64,000 nt of DNA from assembly GCA_030141605.1 (NCBI GenBank), contig JAQGDQ010000568.1:75143-139142 (forward strand). The letters are read 5' to 3'. How positions within the stretch are numbered: the first letter of the stretch is position 1; each line of letters starts with the position of its first letter. The notes under the pieces are model-generated. The model was not told the DNA's origin and did not search any database. It worked only from the letters and a program-made list of their open reading frames with translations. Position numbers and translations under genes: made by a program. Positions 40,401-53,094 of this stretch are shown here, piece after piece. The DNA is from Tubiluchus corallicola (taxonomy: Eukaryota; Animalia; Priapulida).

Positions 40401-42874
40401 TTCATCATTTTCTGCCAGAATTGCAGCAGCAATTGCACCATTCACTGTATATTTTGTAAGTGTTACACGTAGAACACATTCCCAAATGATTTACAGATAC
40501 AAATTTTTCTGCTTTCGGATTTTTTGTTCATTACCACATTGTGCTTATTTAACAATAAGCTTTTTCACAGTTGCAGCGATTGATGAGGATTGTGAAAAGG
40601 TCAAAGGTTAAGTGTACGAGACAACGCATTTGCGTACAGTTGACAACGCCACGCAGTTCAAGCTATTGTAATAGCAACAGTTTTGACAGCTAGCTAGAAA
40701 CTTACCTAGTCCATTTTTCTTGTTCCCAAGCAATGTCCTGCTAGTAAACCATGCACAGACTAATGCATAATTAAGTAAAGTTTACATAAAGCAGCTGAAG
40801 TTACTGAACTGATGCCCACGACTTTGCTTTACCCACATGTCGCCCACGACGGCGTTAGTTAAGACGCGTTGCTGTGGTTCCATATCTTTTGACCTACAAC
40901 AACTGCGCGTGCACATAACGAAACAAGCCATTGATCTGTCTGTCCATCGTTAAACCTGTTACTTATTCAAACCGTATTCATATACTGCCTTCTGAACACG
41001 ACATTATGCAGCTTCTTCCATTTTGGAATGACCAAGTTAGGCTTTATAGTCGAAAGAGCCAACCAATGAACTCGTCCTGTGCCTTTTTCACATTCATCCT
41101 AAACAAACTACTGAATTTCCATACAGACATAGCAAGAGAGCACGTGTTAGCTTACGTGGTGTCTTGGTTTAGTAGTCAGTGGACAGTTCAATCGTTGGTG
41201 CTCCCAGGCCAGACTGACAGCCTACTGATCCAATGCTGAGAAAGCTCAAAGGTGAAATACATCGTATGTCCTTTGTGAAGTTTCATTTTTACACAAAAAC
41301 AGAAAGAAAATGCTCCAGCTAAGATTTTCTGATGCTTTTCACTTTTTCTTGGTGGTTTATGTAAGAGGAAATCTGGAACTTGATTTTGCGCGTTTTTCTC
41401 GTTAGATGACGCCAGCGATATACGTGACTTAGTTACGTCAGCATTTGCGTTTTGGTTACAGCATTGTTTACAAATTCAGCGTCACAGAAACGACGCGGTA
41501 TCCATGAAAGCCGTTGCTAACACATTTGTTTTTCTGCGATTTTCCGAAATTCCACGAGCAAGACCGAATAAAATGTTTTTTTTTTGGGAGGGGGATTCAA
41601 CTTCGAGACTCGATTTCATTAGACAGGAAGCCATGAAATTGAATAGAATTAGTGTCAAATTTTAATTCCGTTGGCGCTTTTATTTAAGGAAAACGTGACT
41701 TCAAAATTTACCTTTAAGAAAGTTTCTCAAAAATGTTCGATGTTCGATAGTTTGGTCTTTCAATTTCTGTTTCGTTATCTTTCGATTAGTAGATAAACTT
41801 GGCGTTAATATCAATTATCATATCCATTTGCTATTAGTTGCTGCAAGTCAGGACATGTAGAATTTTCACTACCATTTGTAATGCTATATGACTGTGCATA
41901 TATGTAGTTACATTTTAGAGTAGTTTTTATGTGCCATGTAAATGTTTTATTTTTCTATATGTCTTTATGCAGAAAGAAAAGTAATTTAACCTATTGTACA
42001 TTGTCATCAACATTAATAACGTATTTTTGGTGAATCAGTGGTGCACACTGGGAAGGCGTTGCAGTGCAGACTTTACCAGGTGATGCGAATATTTTAAATT
42101 ATGAAGAATTTTCTTTACATAAACCTTTCAAACAGTAAGCGTAATATTAAGTAATGCAACTTTGTGTGGAAAGTTTTTTTGGGATATACTTTAACATTTC
42201 CTTTTCTGCTTCCCTTTAATTGGCTCAGGCAGGTATATCGTTTTGTATCTTTCTTCTATCTTTTTTCTTTTTTAATTAAAAAGTTCTGTTGTACGTCAAA
42301 CTTGTTATAAATTTAATCTTCGCATGAAATACTACATTGAAGTGCCGTATTAGACAGTATCAATTTTTCAGTAAAACATTTAATAAAGATTTTTATCTTA
42401 GTTTTTACCAATTTCCCACCGCTTGGAGCGCTTCGAATCAACCTTCCAAATCTCTGCTAATTCATAAATACCCGCAGGCAACAACTCCTAAGCATTACTC
42501 TCATCATAAGCTCACCTTCCCCTTTAAATAAATTCAACAGCTGCGCCACATTACTCCATCCTTTTTTGTACATTTCAGCGGTTTTTTTTGTTTCTGTCAT
42601 GATTCACTTTTGTTTACAGCAACAAAAAACACCTGCAGTTCAACCAATATTGTTTGGGACATTGGCTTTAACAGCTGGCTTGTTGATAATGCTTGTACCG
42701 GAAACAAGTTGCCGCACGCTTCCTGAAACGTTAGATGAATATACTGATTGGGTAAAAAATGATGAGAGAAGGGATACTGAAAAAGTGGCGACCCAGCAAG
42801 CTAATGACAATAATATCAAAGAATCCATGGTGAAGACCGAGCAAGTTTCAGTTAAATACGAAACATCTGTATAA
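32776..42874 (+). CDS. SLC22 family organic cation/anion transporter (MFS); 9 coding exons, 551 aa
   Basis: Exons: 32776-33108, 33326-33556, 33748-33944, 35617-35844, 36997-37131, 37738-37823, 39656-39773, 40383-40455, 42620-42874. Phase is continuous, total 1656 nt; intron 6 needs a GC donor. SLC22 motifs: [70 protein letters not shown]. Confidence 0.93.
34025..34410 (+). repeat. Unclassified ~380-bp dispersed repeat; second copy at 40553-40925
   Basis: Collinear similarity, e.g. aaaaggtcaaaggttaagtgtac.agacaacgcattt, gctagctagaa and ctgcgcgtgc.ca. Confidence 0.75.
36439..36888. mobile_element. hAT-like MITE; related partial copy at about 59675-60031
   Basis: Ends CAGTGGCGTA / TGCGCCCCTG with imperfect 8-bp TSD (GTCACTGT / GTCACTCA). 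Internal similarity to 59675-60031. Confidence 0.6.
37305..37414. repeat. (AAT)n microsatellite
   Basis: Direct inspection. Confidence 0.95.
38440..39104 (+). mobile_element. Kolobok-like MITE, full-length copy in SLC22 intron 6
   Basis: TTAA|AGGACAAGAAAAGGGGTACC...GGTTTTCTTATGTT|TTAA. Confidence 0.8.
39260..39467. repeat. (AATGC)n-(AATAC)n pentanucleotide microsatellite
   Basis: Direct inspection. Confidence 0.95.
40002..40076 (-). pseudogene. Degenerate tRNA-like sequence or isolated SINE head
   Basis: Minus strand GGGCTCTCAGCTGAAATGG...CTGTAAC...GGGTTCGAATCCCGGCTGACCCA followed by T7. The T arm and B box are intact, other stems are poor. Confidence 0.5.
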
Positions 42875-43353
42875 AGTCTATTTGTTTGTGTAGTTTCCTA
42901 CCAATTAATTTTCCAATAGAAAAGAAGTTGTGAAATCTTATTTCACCTCTACAATTTCCTGGTACAAATTAAATGAAATGATGCAATGCTCAAATGAATT
43001 AATAAAAAGAAAAATTTCATTCATTACGTCGTTTGGCTTGTAATTTTCTTGTTTATTGTATTCCTCTTTCAGTCTTTCTATGGCCACGCCTTTCCTGCTG
43101 TTAACGGTTTTTCTTTTAGCGTGGAAGCTGGCTTCTTCGACTTCGCAGGTCTCATTCATCCTCGTTCTGCAGAATTTCTTCTTTAATTGTGTCCAGAGGT
43201 TCTAATTCACACTCACTACTATCTTGGTAACATCTATCAATTCTTTCCCATTCACAGCTTGTTGACGTATTTTCTTAGTGTGGGCTTGACCTGCATTTCA
43301 GCTTACCATCTACCCACATCCCACATATTTTCTTCCCAGTGATTAGGGATATG

Positions 43354-43393
<40 letters not shown>

Positions 43394-43399
43394 TACAGA

Positions 43400-45150
43400 A
43401 CGATCGAAAAAGTTAAATAAACTGAAAAAACTGAATGTCTTGTTCTTTCCTTTAGGTCAAACACTCACTCACTCAGCCCGTTGTTTTGAAGCATATGTAC
43501 CCCAAATTATGAAGCACCATCATCGTTATACCAATCATTAATATTTTAACTCAATTAATAACAAACCAGTTCAGTTCAGTTCCGGGTCTCAAACGTTTTC
43601 GTATCAAGAGGAGCAGTGAAAAACTACTACTTGACAGAAGAAAACATTCTTAGTGCACATAAACTTTGCAACGTCTTTCCATTATATCACTGATTAGCTT
43701 TTTTACCTATATTCTGAAATAAAATGCAAATTATTCGATCATCATCAGAAACTCCTTCCCATGAAACAATTCTTCTTTCATTTTCGTAGAGAGAGCACTT
43801 CAAAGAAACGTGCCCTAAGTTTCTCTATAACTCTGAACCACATTTACACTTCCTGTCATTCTCTTTTATCCTCCACTTACAAAAGGAATTTCCATTGACC
43901 TCCAGTGCACCAATCCTTGTTTTTATTACTAACAGTTCTGAATCATACATCATTCATCCAGATTTCATAATACGGCTTTTGTTTATATTCTTTATACCTA
44001 ATAGCAATAGAATATTCTGTCTATCTATTCTGCCATAATTGTAAAAACTTTTCTCTCACTCTATGTTCGATGAAATTATCCCAGCATCTTTTTCAAAAAG
44101 CGTTATCAGAAAGATTGGAAGTTATTCTTTCCAATCCATCCAGCGATAAATCACTCAATGCTAGAATGTTCCCATACACTGATAAATTAAATTTATCTGC
44201 TAGAAAGGTCAGCCTGCGGACCCATTTAGATCTCTCTTAACCAATCTCTCACTGTCCATAAATATGATTCTGTTCAAATATTTCAAACGTGCCTTGATCT
44301 CTCTTTCTTCAAATGATGAAAAACCAACCTCACCTCTTATCGCACACCCACAACTAGTTTTCCAAATCCATCTTGCAAACGAATCCTATAAACTATCGTA
44401 CAAGTCTATTTCATTTTAGTAAAAGATTCTGCCAACACAACCAAACATAATCTTAGGCATAATCATTGCTTTCCACCTAGTTCTTCTAACCTCCCGTCTA
44501 GCATCTGAAGACATAGCAGCTTAATAGCCCCAATCTCTCTTCTGGGAATTCAATAGTTCTCAAACCTGGGCATCTTTCTTTCCACCTGTTTTTGTTTTCA
44601 GGTTCTCTTAACAAAATTCCTAAATATTTCTGTTTTGACGAGTTTTTTTAACTTAAATCCAGATAACTTGAATTGATCATCTTCTAGAATGTCATTCCCT
44701 GCTAATAATAGTGAGACACATTTCTTGGGACTGAAACTCATACCATACTGTGTACCAACATTCTCTGCTATCTTTAGCAGATTATACATCCCTTGCTGTT
44801 CTTCCGCAAAAGTGATCACATATACTGCAAAACAACCAAAACATTTATACCACAAGTAAAATCCTTCTTTTGAGTTTACTAATATTTCTAATACATTGCA
44901 ACCCTCCATTTGCAGGGCAAAAATTCACAAGTGTAAAACTTTTGATACCGTTTATTGGACAAGATCAATAGGTGAACGACCAAACATCTGTTTGATAGAT
45001 GCGGATAATATAGATATGCATAGCTGTGGATGGATAGAAACAACCCGCCAGATGCTGTTCTGATCACACCATTTAATTGGTCGCGGAAGCATCCCTGTTT
45101 TTTTGCCATCCGTGTGAGTGGTGCGTAGAAGATATACGTGTGCCATGTAC
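43400..45150 (-). mobile_element. Degenerate LINE retrotransposon (RT C-terminal half and downstream region)
   Basis: Broken RT motifs (ITFAEEQQGMYNLLKIAENVGTQYGMSFSPKKC, KYLG, AIRGEVGFSSFEEREIKARLKY) with many stops and frameshifts. Confidence 0.7.
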
Positions 45151-45304
45151 AACTGGGCTAATTAATAAATGCTATAGATCAACAAAAGCTACTAAATTGT
45201 CACACTTATATTCTCTTGTAGCAATAATAGCGCTGATTGATACAGCAAAAAACTTAAAAAATGTTACTTATATATAATCAAAATATAAGCCTGACTACAC
45301 ATTT

Positions 45305-45990
45305 AGCCTGCATCAGCCCTGTAGGGCTACTTCTTTAAAATTCTTCAAGAAATGCTACATAAAAGGCGCCATATGCATAGAGCATCCTGCTAGATACAAT
45401 GTTCCTAACACAACTAGTAAAATAGACTAGCCAAGAACATCAATTGTCATGCTGTTCCTCATCAATTTTGTCATTTTCTTCAGTTTTGGCTTTAGCAATT
45501 ATGTCTACTGAAATTCCCAGCATCACCTTTGCTAATTTTGTGACGTAGAGAGTTCTCTTGCAACTTGTTGCGCAACTTCTCTTTGATGGCACGTTCAGAT
45601 GTAGAGAGTTCTCTTGCAACTTGTTGCACAACTTTTTGATAGCACGTCTAGACGTACAGAGTTCTCTTGCAACTCGTTGCGCAACTTCTCCTTGATGGTA
45701 CGTTCATACGTAGAGAGTTCTCTTGCAATATGTTTTCGCAACTTCTTTTTGATGGCATGTTCATTCATAGAGAGTTCTCTCGAAACTTGTTACACAACAA
45801 ATTGCGAGAGACTCTCTACATTTGAACGCGCAATTTGAAGCCCCAGCCTCCATATTAATATGAATTTAAATGAACAAACTTTTTCTGAACAATTGTTCTA
45901 AAGCCTGATTGTCCGAAAAATGTTGAATGCAGAACTCTTTTCACTTGTATTGTTTTTGTCTGAACAATATAAGGTAAGCTTTGTTTAGCA
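45305..45990 (-). pseudogene. Degenerate SLC16 exon 1 plus upstream flank, interrupted by a MITE-derived tandem array
   Basis: ATG at 45851-45853 in the same context as gene B (cagcctccat). EENDKIDEE and AFLEEF segments match B exon 1, with in-frame stops and frameshifts. 45855-45990 resembles 52700-52830. Confidence 0.8.
45540..45832. repeat. ~56-bp tandem array (5 units) derived from a MITE end
   Basis: ta(g/c)agagttctc occurs at 45546, 45602, 45655, 45711 and 45768. The array ends in the inverted terminus ctctctacatttgaacgcgc. Confidence 0.8.
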
Positions 45991-47152
45991 TGATTTCCAC
46001 ACAGTAAGCTATGGGCTTTGTAGAAGCTTGTGTTTTTATGGTTAAAAATACAGTTTGTAATTATTAATCGTGGCAAATAATTTTTTCAGAAGCAAAAGGC
46101 ATCGGCTGTTCAGCTCATTCTGTTTGGAACACAGGCTTTCAAAGCTTTGGAAAAAATATTAAAAGAAATAATATAAAAATTTGCCTTGCCAACTAACTAA
46201 TAATAATAGTACAACAAAGATTTTCCAATGAAATTTGACTAAGCCTCGTTTATGTTTAATACTAAAGTTTTTTACTATAGTTTCTGAAAAAAATATAGTA
46301 ATTCAATTTAAACCTGACAGACAGAAAGTTAAGTCAACAAGCAACATTATAATTTTCTAGTGCTGTTTAGGTGAAGTGATGTAAACTCGATAAATAAATA
46401 AATAAATAAATTCCATTAAATTACTATTGCGTACAGAAAAGTTTTATCTCTTCTTATACGTTTGACATGTCATTTACCCTACTTATTAATTTTATTGCAC
46501 ACTAAAAGCATGATGTCTTAGATAGTCGATATAGTCACTGTCGCATAAGGTATCTTAACGATCAAGTCATTTTCTCCTAAGATATGACAACCTTCTCCAA
46601 AAACTCATTTTTTGTCTGTGTAACCAAAGTTTTTTTAATTACATAAATTATATATTTCAAGTGAAAGATAGTAACGTCTGTTCTATGTTCAGTTTTGTTT
46701 CTGAAAAATGGAAAGTACCGAATGGTACTGTTATTATTTGTTTAGCATCGTTTCTGTTTAATGATTCAATTTAAAGTTGACTGGCAGAAACATAAGTCAA
46801 CCTTACACTTTACTCCTGCAGTTTAATTGAAGTGATAAAAACTTATAAATAAGTAAGTTCAATTCTACCTACTTGCAATAAAATAATTGAGTAAATGGCA
46901 GGTCAAACCTACAAGAACAGACATAGCTTTCCATTATTACACTGATTACTAATTTATTTGATATACTAATGACAGGATCAACCGTCATAAAGACATTTCT
47001 CCTAAAAAATGTCAACGTTCCACAAAAAAACATTTTTCGTTTGTGTACCCAAGGCTTTTTTCATTTATATAGACTTCATGTCAAGCAAATGATATTACAG
47101 ATTGTTTTTTCACTAGTTTTGTTGGTGAACAATGCTAAGTACTGAGCAGGTA

Positions 47153-50100
47153 TTACTGTTCTTCGTTCTGTGGAATTTCTTCTTTTATTGTTTGTAGTGG
47201 TGATAAATCTCCCTCGCTGTCTTGAGAACATCTCGTAGTTTTTATTTCTTCACTGCTTGCTGATATATTTTGTTCATGTGAGCTTGATCTACGTTTCAGC
47301 ATGTCTTCTAACTTCCAAATCTTTTCTTCACAACTCATATCTGGCACAGGAGTATGGGCCCGCCGTTGCAGCAAAGGAGGAGGTGGTGCTACTGGTCCTT
47401 GAGGGAGGGAGGCTGTAGAAATTTGACGAGGCGAGTCGATTTTAATGTTCTGGTCTGTAGAAGTCAGCAAATCTCGAGGTGTTCTTCTAAATCTAGAGCT
47501 AATATTAAAGATCTCATATCGTTGAGACGTGTAGGATCTTGCTCTTTGTCTGAATCCTTCTTCTGGATGTAGCGTCAAAGTGACAATCGTAGCTACACTT
47601 TGAGCAACTCTCACTTTCTCCAATTCTTCAGCATCAATGTTAGATATAATACTAGCACTTGGACCACTCCTATAAGTACACAAATAGAAACAAATGGCAT
47701 CATGTAGTACCTTATATCTTAAAAGTATATTAAACTTGTTCTGCAAATTGGTTTCCTATATCAATCATGGTCTGTCACAGTACTCCAACAGCAATTGTCC
47801 ATGACTGTTTGAGTATTAAATACAGGAGGCTTTTCTTCTCTAATAGGAAGGATGCAAAGTAATCAGATTATATGCATGTGTGAAACGCTAATATACTCAA
47901 GTACCTGTCAAACAGTGAGCGAGTATGCAGCGTTTCCAAGATGGCAATGTCTTCAAGTAAACGCTTCTCTTTCTTCTGCTGCCACTCAACCAAAGACAAC
48001 AAAGCTGCACATAGCACAACTATTCCTCCTCCAATGTGAAATGCTAAACTATACGAACCAGTTTTATCTCGTATCATGCCTGCAGTAGATAATAGAATGC
48101 TAGAATAAATTGTTAGTGTATTACTCGGTATTAGCATGTAACGAAATGTTAATTTTTCTGGTTTATAAGGACAATTTAAGAGATGAATTGAGATATATGT
48201 TTTGCAGTAGAAATCGACTTACTTTGTCATGTTTGATATTAAATTGTAATAGAACAAATAAATGATCCCAAACTAGGACTGTCTCATTGCTGATTGATCT
48301 TCCGAATTTGTGTGATTATCCCATTTTGAAATATAGTGAAAATATTCATTTTGTCATCTATAGTATTGCTAAAATGATGCTAAGATATTAGCTTAGAAAT
48401 TTAACCAATGTCCGGCAAGCACACACTGCACCTATCTGTAACAGCGAAAACTTAGATACAGCGCTATAGTATCAATTACCACCCAAGTTTAAGCTAAACT
48501 ATTAAAATTCCAAGTTTATTGATGTGCTTGTGAGACTGTATGCTACATCACAACTGAACTCCGTTCTTTCAATGAGGAACAGCACCTATTTTTGTGCATC
48601 TTCAATATGCAGCTACCAAACTAAGGAATGGTGAAAGGCATGCAACAGCAAAACGCTAGCCATGCAAACTTCTGCAGTAGTTCTTTCAGGAAACTGAGTC
48701 TTTCTACAAAAATTTTCCCGCAGTTTGTAATTGGGTTTCGTTTTCCTTTAATAGCGATGCCTTTTGATACCGTTTGTTCATTGGAAACAGTCGCTTTTAG
48801 AATTTATTTAATGTACGTGCTGTGATTGGTCCAACCCGTTGTCTCCAGCATTGCTAATTTGCGCAAAAATGCGGAATTGATAGAAGCTTTTAGGCACATT
48901 GATGGGCATTTAGCGCTGGCGTGGATCCATTTCTTGAGAACATATTTTAGAAAGCCGTTTAGGGTTGCCATATATTCAATTTTATCTTAAAATTTAGAAT
49001 ACGAAGTTACCCTGCTTCGACGTCACAATATAAAAATTCACTAAAAACACAGAGTCCAACATTATTATACCGAGTGTTCACTAAACACAAAAACCGATAA
49101 CGCATACGTGGCGCTAATTACGCTTCAACGGAGAGCTGATAAACCATAGATAATAATATTACGGCAAGCAGGAAATAGTGTTATCGTTACTACCAACGTC
49201 ATAGATATGAGGAACGCATTGTACTTTTTTATCCACTAGTTGCATGATGGCGCAGCGTGTCACGTTTTCGCGCACACGCCGCAGGCAGAGTTAGTTCTTC
49301 AATTAGTGTTATTCTCTGCGGCTAGAAACCACGTGAACAACGAGAAGGCGACTTACTGCCAAAACAAAGCTGTTTACAAACCTACATCTCAAGTAAGTGA
49401 AACAAAAATTCATACTTGTTACTGCAAAGTAGAGAGTAAAATGAGCGGCGTATGTCGGTAATTACAAAGGTGCTCCGTGCACATTTAGAGGTAAGAATCT
49501 GCAAAAGCATTCTCCGGCTTTCTTTAAGGAATTAATTTTCTAATGTAGCATTTAGAGAAGAAACTATGGTTTCTTTATAATGAAATTTCAGGGTGTCAAA
49601 ATGTTGTAAAAACTTTTTCTATGTAATCTACAAAACTGAATCTAAAAAGGATTATGGTTGTCTGGTGAAAACTTGCAGCAAATATTACAAAAAAGTGTTG
49701 AAAACGAGAAATCTAAACATGGAACTAAGACCATATTAAAGACAGTAAGCAGTGGTCAGGAAAGCATGCCGAGCTTTTGTATACCTGCTATGGCAGGACC
49801 AAGAAGCAGAGTAATAGAATTCATTGCCATCACGAAGCCAAATCCGAGGATGGCTTTATCTGTTCCCACTAGAAAAGAGGTAAGCACTGGTAGAAGAACC
49901 ACAACACACCCATCAAAGAATCCATAAATGACCGCATAAGCAACAAACCCTTCGAAACGTTTAACTGAAATGAAACGTGAATTTTATCAAACCTATTGAA
50001 GCTATTTTATCAAGTTAAAATTATCCTTGCAGTTCAGACTAACGAGTTCTTGCTAAGTAAGGTCGCTGATTAAACTCGCCAAGTAGATCACAAGCATGTT

Positions 50101-50857
50101 CAAGACTTGATGCAACTTAGTGTCCCATAGTAAGTGCGAGCTGACACTCCCTTCTCCATTCATTGCAAGAAGTATTGAGAGCAGCTCGCGGAGGCATTCA
50201 CACTAGGCATGAATTTGCAGGAAATTACTTTGCAACACTGTCGGAGGGTATGAAATAACTCACGCACAGTAACTCGCAAAGCAGTTCACACTTGCGAGTT
50301 TGCTGTCACAGAGAGAAAACTCGAGCAGAAAACTAGCTAGTCTGAACTGAAGTGTTAGATAATTTCATAAAGATTTCTGTAAGGTAGTCTTAATGACTGT
50401 ATAACTTTTATGAAATAGCTTCAGATTTTAATTATCTACCGTAAAGGTACGCATCATTGATTATCATCATTTGTACAAAGCCTATTGTAATTTCTGTTCT
50501 ACTCCACATTTGCTTTTAAAAAAATTAATACACGTTTCTCTTACTTAATGGCATTAGTGCAGAGGTAATACCAATGACTACCATAGAACACTGATGAAGT
50601 CTAAATTTGCTCACTCCTTTACAATCTGATATCCTCCCAAATGTGATGCGTCCAATAGTGGCACTGAGGCCCATTAACATTACAACTAGTGAACCCTTGG
50701 ATGAGTCCACACCAACATCCTGACAGTGAGCCACCTAGCCAAAAAAAGATTCACTGGTGTGTCTAGTCTAGTTAGAAAATCGACTGATGACCAGTAGAAA
50801 TTGAGTTGAATCGAATCGAATTTATTGAATTTACTAGCATACAAGCATATATGAATA

Positions 50858-50937
<80 letters not shown>

Positions 50938-52696
50938 TACCAAATGGACATATGGTATGTAAAAAGCAAAAGAAATCAAACTGGTACAAACAATCCATAG
51001 TATGTAGACTTTGCTTCTAAACATGCTCAAGTCTATGGTTATGTGCCAGCCTGTGACAATGCAATATAATGCAAACATAAATATAACGAAAGATTATGTT
51101 ATAACCAATTAACACAAACAAGAAAACTAATGTAAAAAGCAATCATTAATATACAGTCATTTGATGTAAATGTTATTAGCTACATTACCCCGTCTTGTTA
51201 GAGTTGAAAACCGAGAATTTCTTTGTTGAACTTCCCTAGTTGATCGCCTGGTAAAAACCAGACCAATCATAGATGAAATAAGCAGTACTACTGCCACCAC
51301 ACGAAAGGCAATCCTCCATCCATATTTAGCAATAATTACTTCTGCCAAAGGGCATAGAATCTAAACAAGTTGAATACAATAAAACTAACGTGCACAGCTA
51401 TCATTTATAAAAGTTTTATCTTGCTGGTGAGAAATGTTTGTAATGCACAAAATACCCAACTAGTTTTGCTAAAGATAGTTTGTTCTCAATTTAATTTACA
51501 GTCCAATATCCTCCGGAATATGATGTGTCCAATAGCGGCATTGAGTCCAATTAGCATTACAACTAGCAAACCCTTGGACGAGTCCACACCAATGTGCTGA
51601 CAGTGAGCCATCTAGCCAAAAAAAGATTCACTGGTGTGCTTAGTCTGGTTAAAAATTGATAGATGATCACTAAAAATCACTATAAAGAGAACATAGTTTC
51701 TGCTAAAAATTCAAAGTGGTGCGAAACACTTTGCATAATATAATACCTATACGTGTAAGTTGACATGTGTGTACGAGTCACCTGAATGCACCTGCATTTA
51801 TGCTTTACAGGAATGAAACTGAACCCAATTAAGAAAATTTACTAAGGTATCACTACTTGTTTAGATGGGCACTCCTTTAATTATGCTTTTTTAATTTGTG
51901 TTCTAAATCCATAAAACATAATACATTTAGAAAAAAATTAAAACCGTAGTAAAATATATAGTAAAAAATATACGCACGACTGAACCCAAAGTTGCACCAG
52001 ATAATACAATTCCAGTTGCGAAAGAAACATATTTTCGGAAATAGAGTGGTTGGGCAAAAAGCGCTGTGTTGAATGCTAGAGAATTGCCGACACCGTACAT
52101 TAGTGAGTGTGACCCATACAACTGTTGCAATTCTGTGACATAAGAAGACAACAGACATCCAGCTGCTTGTGTCAAACATCCCAATATAGCTACCAATCGA
52201 AGATCATATTTTTGCACGAGAATTCCACTAGCTGGACAGCTAATCATTGACATGCTATATGCTGCTGATGCTATCCAAGCTGAAAGAATTACAAATACGT
52301 TAAGCTTTGATTGAAAATTCAAATCAACAAACTAATCTAACTAAAATAACAATTATTGTCATCATCTTGTAATGTCAAAATTACGATAATAACTGTGTTA
52401 TTAGTATAAGTCTAATGAAGGTTGTCATGCAATTTACCAGCATCTGCTCTTGTACTTGTCTTAAATTCTTCAAGCAATGCTAAATAAAAGACACCAAAAA
52501 CGAAAAACATGCTATTTGACACAGTATACATAGCCCAACTCGCAAAACAGACAGACCAAGACCACAAATTATCAAACAATTCTTCATCAATTTTGTCGTT
52601 TTCCTCAATTTGTGGCTCATCTAGTTTAGCACTCATGGATACTGAGAGAGAATTGTCAGCATCACCTTTCCTGTTGTTGATCACCTCAGCCTCCAT
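47153..52696 (-). CDS. SLC16 (monocarboxylate transporter) family protein, MCT8/MCT10-like, paralog B; 8 coding exons, 634 aa
   Basis: Exons (minus): 52438-52696, 51978-52279, 51189-51360, 50941-51050, 50545-50734, 49785-49964, 47905-48079, 47153-47669. Introns are GT-AG, total 1905 nt. Exons 2, 4, 5 and 6 have the same lengths as in paralog A (302, 110, 190, 180 nt) and the same phases. Confidence 0.92.
50862..50931. repeat. (GA)n tract in intron 4 of SLC16-B
   Basis: Direct inspection. Confidence 0.95.
51486..51660 (-). pseudogene. Diverged partial copy of gene B exon 5, with its acceptor, located in intron 2
   Basis: 51499-51660 is similar to 50620-50785. The AG acceptor at 51612-51613 is intact. 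It reads MAHCQHIGVDSSKGLLVVMLIGLNAAIGHIIFRRILDCKLN*. Confidence 0.85.
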
Positions 52697-52988
52697 GTTA
52701 TCGTTAATTTAAATGAACAGACTTGTTCTAAAACGATTGTTCTAAATCTTATTGTCCGGTAAATTCCAAATGCTGAACTCACTTCCTTTGTGTGTTTTTT
52801 AATTAACAATAACAGCTAAGCTTTGTTTAAGTAATTTCTGCAACACGCAATGTACTTAGTAACGTAAGTTTTATGCCTAATAACTGAAATGTTAGTAATA
52901 TTTTTCAGGTTATTGTCACCTACTTTGTGTGCGTGGTGAATTCCGTATGTGGAGTGACGACGTCTATCTAATGTTGTAGCAATATCGT

Positions 52989-53094
52989 GGCGCTTTCAGA
53001 TGTAGAAACTTCTCTGGCAACTTGTTGCGCAATTTTTCTCTGAGAGAAGTTGCCAAGTTTTTCACACGTTACAACAAGCAAGTCTGAATGCGCC
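52989..53094. mobile_element. Short TIR element (Harbinger-like MITE); relatives at about 5897-6030, 45540-45832 and 50028-50350
   Basis: Ends GGCGCTTTCAGA / TCTGAATGCGCC; shared gcaacttgttgcgcaa and gagaagttgccaag motifs. Confidence 0.55.

Noticed and set aside
48628-49461. Short plus-strand ORFs repeated at 62792 and 63394 as conserved small genes
   Set aside because: They are shared only because they lie in the recently duplicated intron 6, and one differs by a frameshifting indel between copies.
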